Part shown: positions 1-6,501 of the stretch, one piece after another
How positions within the stretch are numbered: the stretch's first letter is position 1
How the letters are laid out: every line of letters begins with the position of its first letter
DNA from: a bacterium
Lineage (GTDB): Bacteria; Sysuimicrobiota; Sysuimicrobiia; Sysuimicrobiales; Humicultoraceae
DNA length: 12,287 nucleotides
Assembly (NCBI GenBank): GCA_041497675.1
Contig: JBGQGY010000111.1
Span: forward strand, 1 to 12,287
Direction: 5' to 3'
Program-made: the position numbers and the translations under genes
The notes under the pieces: model-generated
The model's input: only the letters and a program-made list of their open reading frames with translations
Told to the model about the DNA's origin: nothing
Database searches by the model: none

Positions 1-1087
1 CGCCGCCGATGCCGTCCAACACCTCGCCCGCGCGTAGATGACGTTTGGCCGCGGCCAGGCACTCGGCCACGGGCGCGCCGATCGCGCTCATTGTCGACTC
101 GCCAAACAATGCGGCCCGTGCGACCGAGATGGGCGCCTCCAAGCTGGCCAGGTGATACGGGCGGTGCAGGAGGTAGTATGGTCCCGCGCCGGCCTTGAGA
201 TACGCCAGATCGCGGCGCACCGATTCGCTCGATGATGTCACGACGACGAACACGCCCGGTGCCACGTCGCCGACGGCGTACTCAACGGCGCCCCGCCGCC
301 GCAGGATGCCACCATCTCCATGCGGGACGAAGACTGTCAGCAGATCCGCAAGGTTGGCCCGCGGCCCGTGCATACCCAGCTGATCGGGCTGGAGACCGGT
401 GGCGTTGGCCAGCGACGCCATCTCGGCCATGGTTTTGGTCCCATCGACGAACGCGGCCAGCATCCGCGGGCTCATCCCGCGCGCGATCGCCTCGGCTTCA
501 ACGGTCTTCATCGTCGCGGCGCGGTCGAGACGATTGTTCTTCCCCTTGCCCGCACACACGATCTCGAGACCGATCGCCCGCGCAAACTCGACCATCTCGC
601 ACAGCACCGACGGCTCGTCACCGGCGGCGACGGTGTAGATCGTCCCTGCCGCTCGCGCCATCCAGGCGAGCAGCGGGCCAACGGTGACATCGGCTTCGAT
701 GTTCATCGTGATGAACGGTTTGCGCCGGCCGATCGCGGCCAGCGCTAGACGCGCGCCGGCGTCGGGATCTCCGGTGGCGTCGAGGATCGCATCGACCGCG
801 GGTGCATCTACGATCCACCCGGCGCGATCGCTCAGCGCGGCGCGGCCCTCGCGCACGATCCGCGAGACGTCTGCTGAAGTACCGGCCGGCTCCGCGCAGA
901 TCCCCGCGGCGGCGGCCGCGGCCACGGCGCGGTCGACCACGATGTCGCCGACCGCGGCGACCCGCATGCCCGGCAGACCGGCCACCTGGCGCACGAGCCC
1001 GCTGCCCATCTGCCCGGCGCCGATGACGGCGACCCGGATGGGACGACCCTCCCGTTCGAGGGACTGGAGCCGCGAGAGTATCGTCAT
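1..1087 (-). CDS. NAD(P)-dependent oxidoreductase, homoserine-dehydrogenase-like with C-terminal SAF domain (COG4091 type); 3' end runs off the window
   Basis: Not in the ORF track because it has no stop in the window. Manual translation from ATG at 1087: MTILSRLQSLEREGRPIRVAVIGAGQMGSGLV (Rossmann GxGxxG)...DAILDATGDP...MNIEADVTVGPLL...YTVAAGDEP...CAGKGKNN...FVDGTKTMAEMASLANATGL...GMHGP...APGVFVVV...GPYYLLHRPYHLASLEAP...AKRHLRAGEVLDGIGG (start of SAF domain). These motifs are characteristic of the family. Confidence 0.9.
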   Translation of the reverse strand, partial: MTILSRLQSLEREGRPIRVAVIGAGQMGSGLVRQVAGLPGMRVAAVGDIVVDRAVAAAAAAGICAEPAGTSADVSRIVREGRAALSDRAGWIVDAPAVDAILDATGDPDAGARLALAAIGRRKPFITMNIEADVTVGPLLAWMARAAGTIYTVAAGDEPSVLCEMVEFARAIGLEIVCAGKGKNNRLDRAATMKTVEAEAIARGMSPRMLAAFVDGTKTMAEMASLANATGLQPDQLGMHGPRANLADLLTVFVPHGDGGILRRRGAVEYAVGDVAPGVFVVVTSSSESVRRDLAYLKAGAGPYYLLHRPYHLASLEAPISVARAALFGESTMSAIGAPVAECLAAAKRHLRAGEVLDGIGG

Positions 1088-1119
1088 GAACAAATGTTCG
1101 TGATTGAATAAATGTTCAT
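1086..1119. promoter_or_regulatory. Tandem palindromic operator (two TGAA-N6-TTC[G/A] sites, 18 bp apart) directly upstream of the oxidoreductase
   Basis: ATGAACAAATGTTCGT (1086-1101) and TTGAATAAATGTTCAT (1104-1119) lie in an AT-rich patch within otherwise very GC-rich DNA. Each site is an imperfect palindrome and the two form a direct repeat. Confidence 0.7.
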
Positions 1120-1240
1120 CTCGTACATACCCTTACTCTGTTGTCCCCGCGAATCCTGCTGGATCGGCGGCGCCGTGTGGGGGCCGGTATGGGTGAGCTA
1201 CGTTGCGGCGGGGGTCAGGTGTGCGGTAATGTGCGGGGCT

Positions 1241-2608
1241 TCACACGGTCTCGGCCTGGCCGACCACCGGCACAGACGCCGGAATGCCGGCTGCCGTCAA
1301 TGCCGCTGCGTACGCCGTCGCGGGCGCCTCGTCGCCGTGGACACAGAACGCGCGGCCGATCCGCGGCACGCGCCGGGCCCAGGCGAGTAGTTCGTGACGA
1401 TCGGCGTGCGCGCTGAACGCATCGGCGCGCTCGACCCGAATCTTTACCTCGTACGGCTCGCCGTAGATCCGCACCGGGGAGACGCCGTCTTCCAGGCGGC
1501 GCCCCAGCGTGTGTTCGGCCTGGTAGCCGACGAAGAGCACGGTCGACCGCGGATCGCCGATGTGATGCCGTAGATGATGGAGGATGCGGCCGGCCTCGGC
1601 CATCCCCGACGTGGCCACCACGACAAACGGCCCGGTCTTCTCGTTGAGCGCCTTCGAGTCTGCATCGGCGCGCACGTAGTGGAGCCCTTTGAACCCGAAC
1701 GGATCGTGCTGCTCCAAGTGCTCGCGCACGTCGTCGTCAAAACATTCGGCGTGCACACGAAAGATGTCCGTCGCATCGATCGCCATCGGGCTGTCGACGT
1801 ACGCGTCAATGCGCGGTAGCGCCCCCGCCTCGCGCTGCGTATGCAATACGTAGACGACCTCTTGCGTCCGGCCGATCGCAAACGCCGGGATCAGCACCAC
1901 GCCGCCGCGCGCCGCCGTTTCCTTGATCACGGTGGTCAGGTGGGCGACGGCGCCGGCCCTCGGCAGGTGCTCGCGATTGCCGTACGTCGATTCGGTGATC
2001 AGCACGTCCACGTCAGGCATGACCTCCGGGTCGCGGATGATCGCGCTGTCCGGCCGGCCCAGGTCGCCGGTAAACCCCAACCGGCGGCCCTCGGCCTCCA
2101 CCAGCACCATCGCGGAACCGAGGATATGCCCCGCGTCGCGATACGTGACGGTCATAGCCCCGAAGTGGAAGGGGTGATCGTAGGGGATCGACACCAAGCG
2201 TCTGATCGCGCGTTCCGCCGCCGGCGCATCATAGAGCGGCTCGACCGCGGGCTCACCTTTCCGACGGCGGATTCTGTTGACGAAGTCGGTGTCCTGCGCC
2301 TGGACCTTCGCGGCGTCACGAAGCACCAGCGCGGTCAGGTCACGGGTGGCCGGCGTGCAGTAGATCGGCCCGCGAAACCCCGATGCCACCAGCGTCGGCA
2401 GGTTGCCGCAGTGATCGAGGTGCGCGTGGGAGAGAATGACCGCGTCGACGTCCGCCGCGGCGGTTGGAAACGTCCGATTGCGCTCGGCCGACTCCGCGCG
2501 CCGGCCCTGGAAGAGCCCGCAGTCGAGATACACCCGTTGGCCCGCGGTCTCGACCACGTGCAGGGATCCCGTAACCGTCCGGACGGCGCCGTGAAATGTG
2601 AGTCGCAT
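1241..2608 (-). CDS. Metallo-beta-lactamase fold / beta-CASP ribonuclease (YSH1/TTHA0252-like), 455 aa
   Basis: Start MRLTFHGAVRTVTGS at 2608, a typical N-terminus that overlaps the upstream stop (TGATG). Motifs: LDCGLFQG, SHAHLDHCG (HxHxDH), AGHILGS, FTGDLG, ESTYG, PAFAIGRTQE, SGMAEAG, GYQAEHTLGR, FSAHAD, VHGD. Confidence 0.93.
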   Translation of the reverse strand: MRLTFHGAVRTVTGSLHVVETAGQRVYLDCGLFQGRRAESAERNRTFPTAAADVDAVILSHAHLDHCGNLPTLVASGFRGPIYCTPATRDLTALVLRDAAKVQAQDTDFVNRIRRRKGEPAVEPLYDAPAAERAIRRLVSIPYDHPFHFGAMTVTYRDAGHILGSAMVLVEAEGRRLGFTGDLGRPDSAIIRDPEVMPDVDVLITESTYGNREHLPRAGAVAHLTTVIKETAARGGVVLIPAFAIGRTQEVVYVLHTQREAGALPRIDAYVDSPMAIDATDIFRVHAECFDDDVREHLEQHDPFGFKGLHYVRADADSKALNEKTGPFVVVATSGMAEAGRILHHLRHHIGDPRSTVLFVGYQAEHTLGRRLEDGVSPVRIYGEPYEVKIRVERADAFSAHADRHELLAWARRVPRIGRAFCVHGDEAPATAYAAALTAAGIPASVPVVGQAETV

Positions 2609-4251
2609 CAGGCCGCCGGTTTGCGCAGGCTGCCGACCAGGAAGCCTGCGGCGACCCGGCTCCCCAACCAGGCGAGCCACCGTGTCAGAAACCAGGCCTG
2701 ACCCGGCAGGATCAATCGATAGAGTTGATCCGCAAGACGCCGGCGCAAGAGGGGTGGGGCGTCGGCCGGGATGTCACCCGGGCCCACGTGGCTGAAGTCA
2801 CCGGCCGGCACATACGCGGCCTCGGCGTCCGGCACATACGCGAGACTCGGGCATTCTTTGGTCAACTGCTCGATCACCACGCGCGCGTCCGCGCGGCCAC
2901 GGCGCCAGTCGTGCTCGCGCCACCGCTCATCGAAAAATCCGCCGAAGTTGCCCAGAAAGTCGCCGGCCAGGCTGCCGTATGCCGGCGCGATAAGATGCAG
3001 TTTCATCTCGACCTTCTTTCGCAGCCCGGCGACGTTTTCCAGCACGTAGGCCAGCGTAAGGAACAGATCGGTCTTGGCAGGATCGTCGCGAATACGGTCG
3101 AGCGCCGCGCTGCCGGTTGAGAGCATTGGGCCCAAACGGCCGATGTTCGCTTCGAGGTGCCGGCGGGCCACCTCGGGGTGGGCCGGCACGCCGGCATGGT
3201 CGTACTCGCCCTTGACGGCCCCAATCTTCGCCGCCACGGCGCCGAGCCGGCCCGCAATTGCCGCGCCGTCTGACGAGGGAATTGCCGCGACGATCTCGGC
3301 CAGCGCCGCGATCAGACCGTCCTGCCATTCGAGGCGCGAGTTGGTGCGCAGGGCGCGGATCCAGTCGCGTTTGGATGATTCGCCGAGCACCGCGCTGACC
3401 AGGCGATCGAGTACCAGTCGCGCGCCCAGCGGGTCTGGGAGATTGACCTCAGGCGCGGCCGGGGCCACGTACGGGTCGATGAGGACGTAGTAGCGGCGGT
3501 CGCCGATGATCGCGGGGTCTTCGGCTTCGAGCTGGTCGACCATGTCCCTCGCCAGACCCACGGGCTCGTTGTTGAACATCCCACCGTCGACGTAGGTGAA
3601 CGCGCGGGTGCCGGCGTCCCTATAGATCTCGGAACGACGATAGTCGGCCAATCGTCGCTCCAGACGGACAGGAGCGAACGCAAACGGAAATGCGCCGCTC
3701 GCCACGGCGGCCCGTGCAACCGCCTGCCAGTCGGGCGCGCCGCCCGTCCGAGCGCCGGGGCGTGCCTGGAACACGATCCAATCCGAAAAGATCGTCGTGT
3801 CAAACCCGTTGCGGGCATTCGCATACCCGAGTTGGTACCTGACGCCGTTGAGATTCGACAGGGCAAACGCCATGCGCAGCAGCGGCGGGCTTGCCGGGTG
3901 CGGGGAGGGCACGGCGGGTGCCCGCTCGATCACCTCGCGCGCGAGCGACCAGATGTAGCGAGACGAGAGCAGGCCGGCCTCGGGATCCCCTTCGATCAGA
4001 CGCATGAAACTGATGTCGCGCACCCAGGCGCGATGGAGTTCGTCGACGCGCGTGGCGTCATCATACAATGCGCGGGCCGTCACCGCTGCGGTCATCGAAC
4101 CGGCCGACGCGCCGGTCAGCACGTCGATGATCACGGGCTCGGCCGCGTCACGACGATGCGACAGCGCCCACAACACCTCATACACTGCGCCGGCCTGGTA
4201 GGCGCCCAGCGAGACCCCGCCGGCCAGGGTGAGCGCAAGACGGGTGGTCAT
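2608..4251 (-). CDS. Patatin-like phospholipase family protein, 547 aa
   Basis: Start MTTRLALTLAGGVSLGAYQAG (Gly-rich oxyanion loop) at 4251, with an ATGA overlap with the sppA stop. GASAG nucleophile elbow, ASGAFPFAF, YVDGGMFNNEP (catalytic Asp DGG). The C-terminal FGGFFDERWREHDWRRGR resembles the DUF3376-type tail. Confidence 0.9.
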   Translation of the reverse strand: MTTRLALTLAGGVSLGAYQAGAVYEVLWALSHRRDAAEPVIIDVLTGASAGSMTAAVTARALYDDATRVDELHRAWVRDISFMRLIEGDPEAGLLSSRYIWSLAREVIERAPAVPSPHPASPPLLRMAFALSNLNGVRYQLGYANARNGFDTTIFSDWIVFQARPGARTGGAPDWQAVARAAVASGAFPFAFAPVRLERRLADYRRSEIYRDAGTRAFTYVDGGMFNNEPVGLARDMVDQLEAEDPAIIGDRRYYVLIDPYVAPAAPEVNLPDPLGARLVLDRLVSAVLGESSKRDWIRALRTNSRLEWQDGLIAALAEIVAAIPSSDGAAIAGRLGAVAAKIGAVKGEYDHAGVPAHPEVARRHLEANIGRLGPMLSTGSAALDRIRDDPAKTDLFLTLAYVLENVAGLRKKVEMKLHLIAPAYGSLAGDFLGNFGGFFDERWREHDWRRGRADARVVIEQLTKECPSLAYVPDAEAAYVPAGDFSHVGPGDIPADAPPLLRRRLADQLYRLILPGQAWFLTRWLAWLGSRVAAGFLVGSLRKPAA

Positions 4252-5234
4252 ATCAGCAGGTACTGCACGCTGAACGGCTCGCGCAATCCAGGATAGAGAT
4301 CCGCGGGGGTCCACAGCCATCCGCGGACGCGGTTCGCGGTGCCCCCGAGCAGCGACCGCAGCAATCCCTCACCACCATATTCCACGACCCGCGCCTGAGT
4401 GAGCCCTGCGAGCTTCATCGCGGCGTCGATGGCCTCGGGCAGATGCCCCATGGCGTCGACGAGACCGGCCTGCATGGCCTGCTGGCCCGTGTAGATGCGC
4501 CCGTCCGCCAGCGCCAGCACTTTGGCCCGATCCATCTTGCGGCCCTGTGCGACGATCGTGACAAACCGCGCGTACGCCTCGTCGACGAGCCGCTGGAAAA
4601 TCGCGCCCTCTTGCGGCGTCATAGGACGGTTCGGGTTGCCGAGATCTTTGAAGGCGCCGCTCTTGAAGATGATCGTGCGGATCCCGATCTTGTGGCTCAG
4701 ATCCTCCAGATTTGGCAGCGCCACGATCACGCCGATGCTGCCGGTGACGGTCGTCGGGTCGGCCACGATCTGTTCCGCGGCGGCGGCGATGTAGTACCCG
4801 CCCGAGGCGGCGGTCTGAGTCATCAGGGCCACCACGTGCTTCCCCGCGCGGCGCAGCGCCGTCACCTTCTGGTGCACCTCGTCGCTGGCCACGACCGACC
4901 CTCCGGGCGTGTCGAGTTCGAGGATGACCGCCTTCACCGCACCGTCACGCATGGCGCGGTCCAACAGCTGCACGACCGCGCGGCTCGCCGCGCCGGACGC
5001 AAAGACCGAGAATCCGGCGCCCTCGCGTGTGATCGGCCCAACGATCCGGACGATCGCAATCTTGTTGGGTCCGTCACCGCTGATCGGGCGCTCCGGCCCG
5101 GGCGAGAGCCCGCTGCCGGCCGCGCCGCCCGCCGCACCGGCCAGAAACCCCATCACACCGCCGAGTAACGCGGCGACCGTCAGGGCTGCCACCGACAGGA
5201 CGATGCCCACAGTGACCCATACCGCTTGTTTCAT
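4248..5234 (-). CDS. sppA: Signal peptide peptidase SppA, short form (peptidase S49), 328 aa
   Basis: ATG at 5234 with GGGAGG Shine-Dalgarno upstream. N-terminal transmembrane helix. Motifs KIAIVRIVGPI, LELDTPGGSV, AASGGYYIA (catalytic Ser), TGSIGV, KSGAFKD (Lys), LADGRIYTGQQA, GLVD. Confidence 0.93.
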   Translation of the reverse strand: MKQAVWVTVGIVLSVAALTVAALLGGVMGFLAGAAGGAAGSGLSPGPERPISGDGPNKIAIVRIVGPITREGAGFSVFASGAASRAVVQLLDRAMRDGAVKAVILELDTPGGSVVASDEVHQKVTALRRAGKHVVALMTQTAASGGYYIAAAAEQIVADPTTVTGSIGVIVALPNLEDLSHKIGIRTIIFKSGAFKDLGNPNRPMTPQEGAIFQRLVDEAYARFVTIVAQGRKMDRAKVLALADGRIYTGQQAMQAGLVDAMGHLPEAIDAAMKLAGLTQARVVEYGGEGLLRSLLGGTANRVRGWLWTPADLYPGLREPFSVQYLLI

Positions 5235-5260
5235 CGGGCTCAGCCTCCCAGAAAATGTTC

Positions 5261-6292
5261 CTATCTCAAGATGAGAAACATCAAGACGAAATACGCCACC
5301 AGCATGACAACACCAATGGGGACGGCGGCCACAGCCCACTCCTTGCTGCGGATCTTCAGCTTGCCGGCCGCGATGATGTTTGGGATGTTGCCCGGGATCA
5401 GCAGGCCGCCGCTGACAAGCAATCCCATCAACACCGCCCTGACCTGCTCTGCCGACATGCGGGGGCTGATCTCCGCCGCGGTCAGGGTGGCGTTGTCGAG
5501 GATCGCCGACACCATGTTGATCCAATAGAGAATGCGCGCGTCCAAGCCAATCACGTACCGATCGATCATCGGCTTGAACCCCTCGCCCAGGAACGTCAGC
5601 GCCATCACAAACACGTAGACGCGGACCGCGCGCTCGGCGACGTCCCGCAGGGACGCATACGGCGCCGGTGCGGTCAGCCCTCGATCGTGAGGCGGGAGCG
5701 TCACGCCACGAACGAACAGCAGGCCGCCAAGGACCACCACCCCCGGCACGACGTACCAGCCGAGCAGCCGGGCCAGGTACCAGAAGTCCTGCCCGAGCTT
5801 GGCGATCGCGATGGTGCTGAGTGGCTCGCCGATCGGCGTGAGGACTGCGCCCAACCCAATCGCATAACACGCGATCACGACAAAGCGCATCTCGTCCTTG
5901 CGCTCCAGACGCAGGATCGACGCAAACTCGACGAGCACCAGGGCGGCGATGATTGCCGTGATGACGCTCGACGCCAACCCAAGGATGATGACGGTCGCCG
6001 CCAAGAGCGCGCGAGGGCCGATCCGCCCGACCAGCCAGGTGACGCCGGACGCCAACCGCCGCTGACTCCGTGCGAATACCACGCCGGCGACGAAGACGGC
6101 GACCGTGATAGGGAGGGGGTGTGTGAGCGCGTCACGGATCAGGTGCGCGGTGAAGGCGTGGGAGGCCAGCGCCGAGAGGACGCCCATCACAAACAGGAAC
6201 GCCTCGAGGTTGTGCTCGATCCGCCGGTCCAGGAAGGGGGCGGCGAGGACGATCAGCAGGATGATGAGGTTGGCGGTCACGTCAAACGGCAC
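5261..6292 (-). CDS. DUF1646 family polytopic membrane protein, putative cation transporter of the IT (ArsB/NhaD-like) superfamily, 343 aa
   Basis: GTG start. Highly hydrophobic. Motifs IEHNLEAFLFVMG, LTPIGEPLSTI, SAILDNATLTAAEI and GGLLIPGNIPNII; the paired hairpin motifs are typical of the IT-superfamily internal repeat. Confidence 0.85.
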   Translation of the reverse strand: MPFDVTANLIILLIVLAAPFLDRRIEHNLEAFLFVMGVLSALASHAFTAHLIRDALTHPLPITVAVFVAGVVFARSQRRLASGVTWLVGRIGPRALLAATVIILGLASSVITAIIAALVLVEFASILRLERKDEMRFVVIACYAIGLGAVLTPIGEPLSTIAIAKLGQDFWYLARLLGWYVVPGVVVLGGLLFVRGVTLPPHDRGLTAPAPYASLRDVAERAVRVYVFVMALTFLGEGFKPMIDRYVIGLDARILYWINMVSAILDNATLTAAEISPRMSAEQVRAVLMGLLVSGGLLIPGNIPNIIAAGKLKIRSKEWAVAAVPIGVVMLVAYFVLMFLILR

Positions 6293-6301
6293 GGCACACC
6301 G

Positions 6302-6307
6302 ATTATA
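6302..6307 (-). promoter_or_regulatory. Sigma70-type -10 element (TATAAT) for the minus-strand operon
   Basis: ATTATA on the + strand is a perfect TATAAT on the - strand, 9 nt upstream of the GTG at 6292. No convincing -35 element. Confidence 0.6.
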
Positions 6308-6338
6308 CCGGACGCGCCGGCTTCACCGGGTCGCGACG

Positions 6339-6347
6339 TGATAGGAT
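6339..6347 (+). promoter_or_regulatory. Extended -10 promoter element (TGnTAGGAT) for tRNA-Ser
   Basis: TG-A-TAGGAT ends 8 nt before the mature tRNA 5' end and matches TGnTAnnnT. Confidence 0.5.
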
Positions 6348-6355
6348 ATTGGATC

Positions 6356-6444
6356 GGAGGAGTTCGGGAGCCTGGTACCCGGACGGTCTCGAAAACCGTT
6401 GGGCGTTCTGCGCCTCGTGGGTTCGAATCCCACCTCCTCCGCCA
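6356..6444 (+). tRNA. tRNA-Ser (anticodon CGA), class II with long variable arm, encoded CCA
   Basis: Cloverleaf folded by hand: acceptor GGAGGAG/CTCCTCC, D stem CGGG/CCCG, anticodon stem ACGGT/ACCGT with loop CT-CGA-AA, variable stem GGGCG/CGCCT, T arm GTGGG-TTCGAAT-CCCAC, discriminator G, then CCA. 89 nt. Confidence 0.96.
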
Positions 6445-6501
6445 TCTTCACACAGAACCGCGGGCGATTTCCTTTGCGATCGTTCTCTGCGGAGGCACCG
6501 T

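Noticed and set aside
38..1416. Numerous short plus-strand ORFs at the left end
   Set aside because: Antisense to the COG4091 oxidoreductase and the RNase, or spanning the intergenic region, with no coding signatures.
1241..4251. Patatin plus MBL nuclease as an anti-phage (CBASS/Pycsar-like) system
   Set aside because: No CD-NTase or cyclase gene is present, the MBL protein is the widespread housekeeping beta-CASP type, and the neighbours are housekeeping genes.
5235..5870. N-terminal 212-aa extension of the SppA ORF
   Set aside because: Overlaps DUF1646 in another frame and is non-protein-like. The true start is MKQAVW at 5234 with a Shine-Dalgarno.
6355..6444. Possible tRNA-Sec or allo-tRNA (8-bp acceptor using C6355:G73)
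   Set aside because: The anticodon is CGA and the fold is a canonical 7/5. A C at -1 opposite G73 is common upstream of tRNA-Ser genes.
6349..6501. N-terminal extension of the membrane protein ORF (540 aa in the track)
   Set aside because: Overlaps the tRNA-Ser gene. The ATG at 6502 has a good GGAGG Shine-Dalgarno.
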